Part shown: positions 36,830 to 45,125 of the stretch, one piece after another | How positions within the stretch are numbered: the stretch's first letter is position 1 | How the letters are laid out: each line of letters begins with the position of its first letter | Virus record (IMG/VR): IMGVR_UViG_3300032287_001571 | Strand: one strand, 5' to 3' | Length of the DNA: 64,000 nucleotides | Origin: an uncultured virus (IMG/VR IMGVR_UViG_3300032287_001571) | Lineage: Duplodnaviria; Heunggongvirae; Uroviricota; Caudoviricetes | Program-made: the position numbers and the translations under genes | Notes under the pieces: generated by a model | The model's database searches: none | What the model was told of the DNA's origin: nothing | Seen by the model: only the letters and a program-made list of their open reading frames with translations

Positions 36830-37665
36830 CTGTGAACGGGGTGTCCGTCCCCGTGATGCACCGAGCCATGGAGGATGGCTGGGGGTGACCCAGCGAGAGC
36901 CTTGAGACGGCCCGATGCATCACGGGCACGGAGTCGGGGAGGTGGTTAAGCCAGTCCCCCCGACACCGTTGCATCCACCGCCTGTTCCCCTTGCCCTAGC
37001 GAGTGCCGAGGGGGGCTGGTGGACAGCGACAGGTACCCGCACTCGTCGGGAGGAAGTGAGTCCTTCTCGGCTGTGTCGCCGAGCCTCTGTTGCGTGTGTC
37101 GTGTTGAAGCCATCGCTACCTGCGCCGTCCGTCTGGTTGAGCCCTGCCGTCTTCGCCGTTCATCGGGGGGTGCCGTGGCACCGTGTCCCGACTACCTGCC
37201 ACCCGCCCTCTCTGCGCTCCTCTGGCACCGTCCTCCGCCGTGTCCACTGCCCTCTCAGGCAGGTTTCCCGACGGCGACTGCATGCCAGCACCCCGCAGGT
37301 ACTAACGATGGCGATGGGCTGTTGGCTCGGGCTGTCAGCGGGACAGTCACGCAACATCCTGTGTCGCTCTGATTCTGAGAAGACCCCCCTCCGCCGTGGC
37401 GCTGGCCCAAGTGCTCTGGGCGTTGCCCGCACGGTGAGCCATCGGGCTCGGGCGGGGGCGTTGGGGAGGGAGGTCTTCGGATGTCAAGGGGCGCTGGATG
37501 AATGACTCGCTGGCTCAAGTGCTCTGAGCGTGCACCACGGGGGTTGGGCGTGGAACCGAGCGGGCGGGGAGGTTGCCCACGGGGGGCTCCCCTGCACGGG
37601 GGCACAGCGGTGCCCAACGCTCGGCGGTCATCTCCAGTTGTCAAGGTGCGGGGCTTGCGCCCTCA
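36830..37665 (-). ncRNA. candidate large structured ncRNA / operon leader (~850 nt)
   Basis: no credible ORF; several nested long-range helices; repeated hairpin motif. Confidence 0.6.
37634..37662 (-). promoter_or_regulatory. boxB-like GNRA hairpin followed by a boxA-like sequence
   Basis: minus strand GGGC-GCAA-GCCC then GCACCTTGACAACTG just after the predicted transcription start. Confidence 0.45.
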
Positions 37666-37670
37666 CCCCC

Positions 37671-37701
37671 ATCATGCCCACAGGGTGACCCCCCTTGTCA
37701 A
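37671..37701 (-). promoter_or_regulatory. putative sigma70-type promoter of the minus-strand operon
   Basis: TTGACA-N19-CATGAT; the -35 lies within the palindrome CCCCCTTG-T-CAAGGGGG. Confidence 0.55.
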
Positions 37702-37729
37702 GGGGGTTGTTCAAACTTTCTGGGAGGGG

Positions 37730-38545
37730 GTCTGAAAGAGGAAGCGGGCGGGCGTGCGCCCGTGCGTGCGTGCGCTCGTGCGTGTGCGCCCCCGTGTGTG
37801 CGTGGGCGTGGGCGGGCAGGGGGGCAGGCGGGAGTGCGCCCAAGCGAGAGGGGGCAGGAGCATGGGGGGGGGGAGGAAGGGAGGGCTGGGGGCTGGCTGG
37901 GCATTGGTACTGGGGGTGGCGGGGTGGTGGTTCCCCCTACCCCCCTCGTGCCCCCGTGGTGGCCCCCCCACCCATAGCCCCATCCCTAGGGTGGATACCC
38001 CTGGGGGTATGCAGAGGGCATTTATGCATGTTATGCAGTCCCGCATCCCCTTATTCCTTCGTCAAAGCCTTGTGGCACAAGGGTTTCCCGACTGCATAGT
38101 CATGCATTTGGGGGGGTCAGATTTCATTGTTACTCATTGGACTTTTGACACCTCAAACACCTCAAAAAGTCAATGAAAACGGGGCTAACTGGCGTCCCTG
38201 CATAAACATGCAGAATCGCCGTAGAGGCCCGAAAAGGGGGGTGCCTGCACTCCCATGCCAGAACGGGGGTTACTCACGGGTAAACGCATTCTGGCGCTTC
38301 CAAATGTACCCCAAATAAACCAAAGCCTTATGGCGCAAGGGTTTACCCATGGGTAGATACCCCCTGGGGTATAGTTAGGGGGGGTTGACAGGGGGGCGCC
38401 CCAGTGGTAACCCCCTCGGAAACCCTTACTGGGTATGGAGGAGGGGGAGGGGGGTGGCAACTGTACCCCCCCATGGTTAAACGGTCGGCGGGGTAAGGTA
38501 GGGGGGTAGGAGTGACCGCCCAACCACATACCCCCCTGGGTATAG
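37730..38545. other. G-rich non-coding divergent region with repeated palindromes
   Basis: G-runs, three ATACCC..GGGTAT sites, two AAAGCCTTRTGGCRCAAGGGTTT sites. Confidence 0.6.
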
Positions 38546-38575
38546 CCCTATTCTAGAAACGGGTACAATTAATGG

Positions 38576-38989
38576 GTGCGTCACCTCAACGAGTACCAGT
38601 TCAGGACCCATCCTATTGGTGCAACCAGCCTTTTTCCTGAGTCAGAGCCTGGAACATGGCGCACTGACATCATCCTGCGTGGCCCTGTGAAAGACACTTC
38701 CTACCCCCAAGGTGGGCGCAGGGTGGGATATCTGGAGTGGGAGTCCGACACTGATGTCACCCCACTACGGAGACCGAGCAATAGCCCCATTGTCATGGTT
38801 GAGGTGGATGAAGAACACCAGAGGAAGGGTCTCGCCACCGCCGCTCTCCGTCATTCTCAGGCAATCGCCAAGGCATCTGGCGGGCGTATCCCGTTTCCTG
38901 AGCACTCTGGAGACCGTACGCCAGAAGGTGATGCTTGGGCGCACTCTACAGGAGACCCCGTTCCACGGAATGTTCGTACTGGGCTATAG
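38576..38989 (+). CDS. GNAT-fold acetyltransferase, QF-tagged
   Basis: VEVDEEHQRKGLATA acetyl-CoA motif; HSGDRTPEGDAWA; N-terminal HLNEYQF. Confidence 0.8.
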   Translation: MRHLNEYQFRTHPIGATSLFPESEPGTWRTDIILRGPVKDTSYPQGGRRVGYLEWESDTDVTPLRRPSNSPIVMVEVDEEHQRKGLATAALRHSQAIAKASGGRIPFPEHSGDRTPEGDAWAHSTGDPVPRNVRTGL

Positions 38990-39013
38990 CCTTATTCAGG
39001 GTATGATGGTTGT

Positions 39014-39433
39014 GTGCCAGCGCCTGACGGAAAACAGTTCATACACCTTCTTGATGAAGGAGGACGCAAAAGAGCCTATGAAGCGTTGTATCACGGTACG
39101 ACTGTGGAGTTGAACGTGGGAGACATCATTGACCCCGCCAAATTTGCACGACCAGGGCGTAATCTAGCCTTCTCCACACCTTCTCTGTCGGCGGCAAAGA
39201 GGTTTGCAGGGGTTCAGTCACCACGAGTGCCGAAGGTTCCGCAGATTTCTGACGATGGTCAAATGGTTCGTGATGAGACACCAGGGTTCGTGTACCAGGT
39301 GGAGCCTGTGGATACCGAGGATTTGGACTCCACATGGGCACGGGAAATGAAGTATTTCAAGCCCAGGACGACAGAAGTGGTTTCCAACAAGGGTTTCCGA
39401 GTCGTCAAGATAATCCACCCCCGCTCTAAGTAG
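39014..39433 (+). CDS. Arr-like ADP-ribosyltransferase, QF-tagged
   Basis: LYHGT..L.VGDII.P, AFST...A..FA, GFVYQVEP; N-terminal APDGKQF. Confidence 0.75.
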   Translation: MPAPDGKQFIHLLDEGGRKRAYEALYHGTTVELNVGDIIDPAKFARPGRNLAFSTPSLSAAKRFAGVQSPRVPKVPQISDDGQMVRDETPGFVYQVEPVDTEDLDSTWAREMKYFKPRTTEVVSNKGFRVVKIIHPRSK

Positions 39434-39457
39434 CCTTATTCAGGGTAGAATGGTTAG

Positions 39458-39871
39458 GTGACAGTAAACCCTGACCAATTTGCAGAAGCATTAGACATCG
39501 TCAAACATAGTAAGGGCATGATTGAGGGCGATGACGCTAGAAAAGTCTTTAAAGCAGTAAACATTCGCTCATGGCCCATGGAATCCATGCCCACCGAGAA
39601 CCGACTGCACGGTCTTGAGAACGAGGGTGGGGTGTCAGCGAACGAGACACTCCACACCGCACAGTCACACCTCCACGGTCCCACCGTCCGCAAGTACATG
39701 GAGAATGGTGCGCCAGAGGAAGACCCACACGGAGAGGGGCGAAAGTACCTTCCAGAGGTCTACTTCTCCCCTCGTGGTCATCGTTGGATTGACGAGGGGC
39801 ACCATCGTCTCGTTGCCTCCCGACTCCGTGGTGATTTCGGCACCGAAGTGTACGAGGGGTATATCCACTAA
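39458..39871 (+). CDS. ParB/sulfiredoxin-like domain protein, QF-tagged
   Basis: LHTAQ...V.KY...IDEGHHRLVA; N-terminal VNPDQF. Confidence 0.7.
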   Translation: MTVNPDQFAEALDIVKHSKGMIEGDDARKVFKAVNIRSWPMESMPTENRLHGLENEGGVSANETLHTAQSHLHGPTVRKYMENGAPEEDPHGEGRKYLPEVYFSPRGHRWIDEGHHRLVASRLRGDFGTEVYEGYIH

Positions 39872-39899
39872 GTAGCCCTATTCAGGGTATTATTTAATT

Positions 39900-40358
39900 A
39901 TGCTCTCTCCCAAAGAAGACCGCAAGAGGTTTACCAGGAGCCTGGAAACGGGTCGTCCTTACCGCACGACCATTCTTGGTGACGGATACCCTATTTCTGC
40001 AAGGGCAATGGGCATTATTTCTGTCCCGCAGTTCACCATGATGGCTCGCCCGTCTGAATACCATAATTCTTGGCTACATATGGATGAGCCTCAGGTGAGA
40101 CAGCCCAACATGACCCATTACCCAGACTTCATAGAAGAGGGTGACGAACATTACGCCAAGGTAGAACAGGACATCATGAAGAATGGTGTCATTCGCCCTG
40201 TGCTTCTTGGTCCTAAGAGAAACATGTTGATTCCCTCCCCCACTGGGAGCGGTGCTCGTACCCCTGCTCACCCTGTTTTGGATGGGCACCACAGGGCATT
40301 TTTTGCGATTAAGCATCAATTGCCCATTCCTGTGTCTCTTGTGGCACGGCATCACTAA
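39900..40358 (+). CDS. ParB/sulfiredoxin-like domain protein
   Basis: DIMKNGVIRPV...VLDGHHR...IPV. Confidence 0.75.
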   Translation: MLSPKEDRKRFTRSLETGRPYRTTILGDGYPISARAMGIISVPQFTMMARPSEYHNSWLHMDEPQVRQPNMTHYPDFIEEGDEHYAKVEQDIMKNGVIRPVLLGPKRNMLIPSPTGSGARTPAHPVLDGHHRAFFAIKHQLPIPVSLVARHH

Positions 40359-40390
40359 AAGTGGCCCTATTCTGGGGTAAAATGGGTGAA

Positions 40391-40762
40391 GTGAAGAACC
40401 TCAACGAGTACCAGTTTCGGTACACCAAGCACCTTCCTACTGGTTGGGGTGTTCGTGCCCCACATAACATCGCAACAACCGATTCTGAAGGTTTTATAGT
40501 GGGAAACCTCTCATGGGGGGACGGTGGGGTCATTGCAGATGTCTATGTTGACCCTTCTCATCGTGGTCGTGGCCTGTCTGATTTCATGTTGGAACAGTCG
40601 TATTTGCATTCCATGGCCACTAAAGGGGAAATTCCGTCACCTCAACATGCCGACCCTGACAATTTGTCACCTGAGGGGGCAAAATTTGCCAAAAGGACAT
40701 GGTGGGCAGGACAAGATGACCCTGATACTGACACCATCAGTTACGGCATCAAAACAAATTAA
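40391..40762 (+). CDS. GNAT-fold acetyltransferase, QF-tagged
   Basis: DVYVDPSHRGRGLS; leaderless GTG start VKNLNEYQF. Confidence 0.8.
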   Translation: MKNLNEYQFRYTKHLPTGWGVRAPHNIATTDSEGFIVGNLSWGDGGVIADVYVDPSHRGRGLSDFMLEQSYLHSMATKGEIPSPQHADPDNLSPEGAKFAKRTWWAGQDDPDTDTISYGIKTN

Positions 40763-40789
40763 ACCTTATTCTGTGGAATAATGGGTGTT

Positions 40790-41257
40790 GTGACGCCACG
40801 GAAGCCATTCAACCCCTCTCAGTTTGCTTTGCACTTCACCACCGAGCCCAAATACCCTCAAGGTGACGACAAAATCCATGTTATTGAGGCCCGTGACACC
40901 AAATGGGACTCTAGATTGGGCCAAATGATTTGGGATGCACAGCGTGGGCACATTATCCGCATCAATGTGAGCCGTGATGTCGCCAGAAAAGGCTTGGGAA
41001 CGGCCATGTGGAACGAAGGGCACAGGCTTGCACAGGAATCACCCGATGTTGTCCCACCAAAACACTCCAGGGACCGTACATTGGCTGGTGAGTTGTGGGC
41101 AAGGCGTGTCGGTGGGGAGTTGCCGCCCAACAAAAACTCCCGTACAACAGAGGCGGCGGACTCCGTACAGCGTGCGCACCCCCGTGGTGGCCGCTGGTAT
41201 ACCCAATGGGAGACTCTTAACCCCGTTATCCGTGACACAGAAGACGATGAGGACTGA
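40790..41257 (+). CDS. GNAT-fold acetyltransferase, QF-tagged
   Basis: INVSRDVARKGLGTAMW; HSRDRTLAGELWA; N-terminal FNPSQF. Confidence 0.8.
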   Translation: MTPRKPFNPSQFALHFTTEPKYPQGDDKIHVIEARDTKWDSRLGQMIWDAQRGHIIRINVSRDVARKGLGTAMWNEGHRLAQESPDVVPPKHSRDRTLAGELWARRVGGELPPNKNSRTTEAADSVQRAHPRGGRWYTQWETLNPVIRDTEDDED

Positions 41258-41313
41258 AACTGTGTACGATGTAAATAAGCGTCGTCGTGATAGATGTGAA
41301 GTACAATAAGTAA

Positions 41314-42339
41314 ATGGCTCGGTACTACATCTCCAAGAGACAACCACCAGGTACTAGTGATTCCGTATGGCCGACAAAGGTGCAGGTGGTGGCCGCACAC
41401 GAGGAGGCTGGTTCTGAGTATGTTCCAGCGGGATATGTGAGCGGTAAGTTCACCGAAGAGAGTCATACCCCCAACTTTTCCAACGAAAAGGTTGATATCC
41501 CAGCACATGAGGAATTCATGGGCCGTGGGTGGCATAGTTTGGCCAACAGCACTGGCTACTCAGTTCCGTATCTCAAGGATTACTACCGAAACATGGGCGC
41601 TGACCGAGACAGTCCTATCAATTTCGGCGTGCCAAATGAAGAAGTAGATAACCGATTTGCGCAGTTATACACCGTTGCTCAGATGACTGGCCTTGCCCGT
41701 AGCAAAAAACATAACGATGAATATGTACAGCGCTCGGGGGATGGCCCACGGGTAGCACAGGCAGGACGAGAAAGTCTGGAGCGTTCCAGAAGACAAAATA
41801 TTGAGGGCGCCAAGGCCATGTCTGCGTTGATAAAAGACCCTGCGTTGGCCCCAGACCAGTTGTTTACCTCAAACCCCACCAATTTGGAAGTAGATTATGC
41901 GGATTTTGACCCCAGGGCACGCACTTTGTTCCCCACAGCGGTGGCCTTGATGTCCCAGTCTGTCGGTCACCCGCAGATTGTTGCAAATGATGACCTGTCA
42001 GAGCACAGTAGCGCACTGGCACAAAGAGCCGCCCAAAAGGGCGTGGTGGTGCCGCACAAGCATAATCAAGGCATGCGTGTCACCAATGAAATGATTTATC
42101 AAACCAGGACAGCAGACCCTCACGCCCTGTACGATATTGACCGAGGACTTAGCGACCGCATCCAGGTAGGTGGTCAAGGACGCATGAGTGGCTTTTCTAG
42201 GGTGCCAGACGAAGATGTGGCGTCCGCACGAGGCCACCTGCGCACCATGCTCCGTGGAGACCGCCCACAGAAGGCACCTGCGTCACCAAAACCAAATATG
42301 AGCCAGCAGTTCCTCCCAGGTATGGAGGGGTTCGTATGA
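41314..42339 (+). CDS. hypothetical protein (degenerate GNAT-like C-half; C-terminal MSQQF)
   Basis: leaderless TGAAG-TACAAT-N6-ATG; DDLSEHS resembles the GNAT tail motif. Confidence 0.6.
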   Translation: MARYYISKRQPPGTSDSVWPTKVQVVAAHEEAGSEYVPAGYVSGKFTEESHTPNFSNEKVDIPAHEEFMGRGWHSLANSTGYSVPYLKDYYRNMGADRDSPINFGVPNEEVDNRFAQLYTVAQMTGLARSKKHNDEYVQRSGDGPRVAQAGRESLERSRRQNIEGAKAMSALIKDPALAPDQLFTSNPTNLEVDYADFDPRARTLFPTAVALMSQSVGHPQIVANDDLSEHSSALAQRAAQKGVVVPHKHNQGMRVTNEMIYQTRTADPHALYDIDRGLSDRIQVGGQGRMSGFSRVPDEDVASARGHLRTMLRGDRPQKAPASPKPNMSQQFLPGMEGFV

Positions 42340-42737
42340 ACACCAATCCTGAGCGTCTTGAAGCGTACCGTGAATCCATGCGACAGCACAAGGCAGGTTG
42401 GCAGAAGCCTTTCGTCTCGCAACCAGAGCCAAGTCTTGACCCAGAGCCCTCCACCACCCATCCCTTGGACAATGTTCCTGGTCTGAAGAGGGTCTCTGAA
42501 CTTCAGTTTGGGGACATTTTCCGTATGCACGAGGGTCCTAACATGGACAAATATGTGGAGCCACACCAGGGCTGGCGCACTTTTCATTCGGTGGAGCCCA
42601 CCGACATTGAGTGGATGAGCACCATCAAGAGTTCACGATTTGGTCGTCCATCCGACTTCAAATATTCAGACATGCAGAATCGCCGTTTCCAGGTCATGTC
42701 TAAGGAAGAGGCTGACCAGAAGGACATCGCTTACTGA
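42336..42737 (+). CDS. hypothetical protein
   Basis: coupled ORF; internal VSELQF. Confidence 0.6.
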   Translation: MNTNPERLEAYRESMRQHKAGWQKPFVSQPEPSLDPEPSTTHPLDNVPGLKRVSELQFGDIFRMHEGPNMDKYVEPHQGWRTFHSVEPTDIEWMSTIKSSRFGRPSDFKYSDMQNRRFQVMSKEEADQKDIAY

Positions 42738-42738
42738 T

Positions 42739-43137
42739 ATGAGCGCCTCAGACCACATTCAACCGTACCAGATGAAACTGTTCATGCAGGCGCATGAATT
42801 GATGGACATGCCAGCAGGAGACCTTCAGGGGTCACCATTGGCTGGTAGTTACATGGCCTCCAAGAAACTGAGAGAATCACAGGAGGGCTCCGCCACTTGG
42901 ACACGGTTAGGTGTGCTGGGAGACCAACCCACCCTCTATGACGACATCAAGGAAAAGGGTGTCCAGAACCCCGTGACTCTTGAGATGTACCCTGGAGATA
43001 AAAGTTGGAATGTGCAAATAATGGATGGTCACCATCGTGTGGCCACGGCCAACGACATTGACCCCAACATGCACATCCCTGTCCAGTATGTTGACAACTA
43101 CCGCAACGACGACCAAAGACAGTTCATGGTGCTATGA
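42739..43137 (+). CDS. ParB/sulfiredoxin-like domain protein
   Basis: DIKEKGVQNPV...IMDGHHRVATA...IPV. Confidence 0.8.
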   Translation: MSASDHIQPYQMKLFMQAHELMDMPAGDLQGSPLAGSYMASKKLRESQEGSATWTRLGVLGDQPTLYDDIKEKGVQNPVTLEMYPGDKSWNVQIMDGHHRVATANDIDPNMHIPVQYVDNYRNDDQRQFMVL

Positions 43138-43736
43138 CAGAGTTGAATTACGACTTGTTCGGAAATGTGGCGCCAGAACCCCCACCAACGGTGAAACTCT
43201 CTACCCCTGTGCGCCGACACAGGAAGAACCCAAATCAGATGTACTTGTTTGCCACGGGCAAAGAAATCATGGAGCATGTGACAGACTCGGTTGACAACCC
43301 ACCAGACCGTCAGCGGAGAGAAAATAGGGAACAAATGTGGTACCGCAAACTACGAGAGTCGCATGACAGGGGGTACCTTCCCATGTTTGCCCGCTCAGGT
43401 ATAGACACCCCAGTGACAATTCTTCCTTACGGTAAGGGTATTGCTTTTGAGGACAACGACACAACCGAGCCTGGGTTCACAATGGGGCAAGGACACCATC
43501 GTGTGGCAACCGCCAATGCGCTGTCACAGCGTGGTCACGAGATGTATGTTCCAGTGGTGTACGACGACGACTTCAACTACAGTGACATGCCTAGTTACCT
43601 TGAAGACTACCCCTACGGTCCACGGGGAGCCCTGCACGAATTTGCCAAGAATAACCCACCAGGAAAATGGGCTGGCGTTGACCCGATACAACAGGCCAAA
43701 TTAGGTGATTTGACCAAGCCACGAGACGAGGACTGA
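43134..43736 (+). CDS. ParB/sulfiredoxin-like domain protein (paralog of 42739)
   Basis: KLRES, GIDTPV, GQGHHRVATA, YVPV. Confidence 0.75.
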   Translation: MTELNYDLFGNVAPEPPPTVKLSTPVRRHRKNPNQMYLFATGKEIMEHVTDSVDNPPDRQRRENREQMWYRKLRESHDRGYLPMFARSGIDTPVTILPYGKGIAFEDNDTTEPGFTMGQGHHRVATANALSQRGHEMYVPVVYDDDFNYSDMPSYLEDYPYGPRGALHEFAKNNPPGKWAGVDPIQQAKLGDLTKPRDED

Positions 43737-43740
43737 GAAC

Positions 43741-43911
43741 ATGGGAGATGTTGTAGACCTTAACGAGTACCGCAAGCGCAAGGCGGCTGAAAAGAAGAAA
43801 AAGAAGTCTGAGCGCCCCATTCCCGTGTGGCACCCATCCATGGGCACCGAGCCGCCGAAAGTGAATCCCGCACAATTTGCCAAGATGCAAGAGTGGGCTG
43901 ACGACGAGTGA
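43741..43911 (+). CDS. small basic protein (not in ORF track)
   Basis: MGDVVDLNEYRKRK...VNPAQF. Confidence 0.55.
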   Translation: MGDVVDLNEYRKRKAAEKKKKKSERPIPVWHPSMGTEPPKVNPAQFAKMQEWADDE

Positions 43912-43912
43912 T

Positions 43913-43989
43913 TGGTCCGAATGGCAGGATTTGAACCTGCGACCCCCTGGTCCCAAACCAGGTGCGCTACCAAACTGCGCCACATTCGG
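43913..43989 (-). tRNA. tRNA-Pro(TGG)
   Basis: cloverleaf CCGAATG...TT TGG GA...GGTTCAAATCC...ACCA. Confidence 0.95.
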
Positions 43990-44028
43990 GAATATTCTTC
44001 ATCCTAACAGGTGAAGTACAATAGGACA

Positions 44029-44496
44029 ATGCCAGCGCCCAAAGGACCACAATTCATGACCTTGTACCGTGGGTTGGCGGGCGTATCTCATCCTGATGAA
44101 CTAGACCCAGAGTTGATTGGTCCTCACTGGACCCACGATAAAGAACGGGCAGAACAATTTGCTGGACCCAGCGGCTCAGTAGTTACCGCTGACGTTCCAG
44201 TAAAGGACATCATGTACAACGGTGTAACCAAAAAAGAACACCCCGATTTCTACCCCAACTACCACTGGCAAAATAGTGCTGTTTACCGAGTCATGCCTGA
44301 TGTGGACGAAGAAGAGACATTTGTCCGACCTGGGGTCCCTATTCGCATCAAAGAGATGTCAACACACCCAGAGAACGTCATTAGAGACAAATGGACGTTT
44401 GATAAACCACTTGTTCGCAACAGTGAAAAAGTATATGCGTTTTCTGCCGAAAAAGACGGCGGTGACATTGAAGAATGGTACAAGGGCGAATCATGA
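44029..44496 (+). CDS. ADP-ribosyltransferase-fold protein, QF-tagged
   Basis: LYRGL, HWT..KERAEQFA, VVTADVP, EEETFV; N-terminal APKGPQF. Confidence 0.7.
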   Translation: MPAPKGPQFMTLYRGLAGVSHPDELDPELIGPHWTHDKERAEQFAGPSGSVVTADVPVKDIMYNGVTKKEHPDFYPNYHWQNSAVYRVMPDVDEEETFVRPGVPIRIKEMSTHPENVIRDKWTFDKPLVRNSEKVYAFSAEKDGGDIEEWYKGES

Positions 44497-45125
44497 CCGA
44501 AAAACTTGGACCACAGTTTCAGCGTGTCTACCATGCCTCTTGGGAAGAGACTCCTGTCCATCTCCAGAAGGCGCTCAACCGCCACATGTGGACACCTGAC
44601 TCCAACTTCCACCCAGATGTTATCCATGCGGGTTCACTCCAGTCAACACTTGACATCATGGGGGAACGGCGCCCCTACACCCATGCTTACGACATTGACA
44701 TGTCGCATCCATCTGTTTCCCCTGTGGTCTGGGGTGAGGAGAACCAGATTCTTCAAGAAGACAACGACATCATGGAACGGGTCCGAAAGGGCACCATTGG
44801 TGAACTTCTGAGCAGGCCGTCCACCAGACTGGCAAATACTGGCAAGACTCTGATTGAGCGCCAAGTTGATTTGGCAAAAGACTTCAACGACAAAATGGTC
44901 GGTGTACAGCCAGGTCTCTGGGAAGAAACACCAGCCAACGCCAAGGAGGCGGCAGAGACACGCACCGTGCTCCCCTACCGCAATAGGCGTGAAGATATCG
45001 GCTCTGTGTCTTTCATCGTCCCCAAACACGCAATTAGCGAGGGTGGACCCGTCAGGTATGCGGGCGTGAGGACCAGGGAACAGGCGGTCAATGATGAGAT
45101 TGACAGAAAGGTGAAAAAGAAATGA
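44493..45125 (+). CDS. ART-fold protein (ART-PolyVal-like), QF-tagged
   Basis: VYHAS, IHAGS, PYRN..ED.GS.SF; N-terminal KLGPQF. Confidence 0.6.
   Translation: MTEKLGPQFQRVYHASWEETPVHLQKALNRHMWTPDSNFHPDVIHAGSLQSTLDIMGERRPYTHAYDIDMSHPSVSPVVWGEENQILQEDNDIMERVRKGTIGELLSRPSTRLANTGKTLIERQVDLAKDFNDKMVGVQPGLWEETPANAKEAAETRTVLPYRNRREDIGSVSFIVPKHAISEGGPVRYAGVRTREQAVNDEIDRKVKKK

Larger units (their letters stand above)
38543..40782 (+). repeat. six dispersed copies of a CCYTATTC-containing promoter repeat at gene boundaries
   Basis: copies at 38543, 38987, 39431, 39873, 40362, 40760; five end in a TAnnnT -10 box (AATAAT in the last), 6-7 nt before a start codon. Confidence 0.85.

Noticed and set aside
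37153..37277. Fifth hammerhead inside the large leader (GAAAC-CUGCC...GGCAG-GUA-stem)
   Set aside because: The CUGANGA core strand is missing (only GA follows the stem); treated as a junction of the larger RNA
36915..38529. ORFs predicted within the leader and divergent region
   Set aside because: Low-complexity Arg/Pro/Gly translations, no ribosome-binding sites, and codon usage unlike the real genes
38543..40782. Repeat array as a CRISPR array or integron attC sites
   Set aside because: Units are separated by ~0.4-kb genes rather than short spacers; the repeats lack attC inverted core structure; no integrase is in the window
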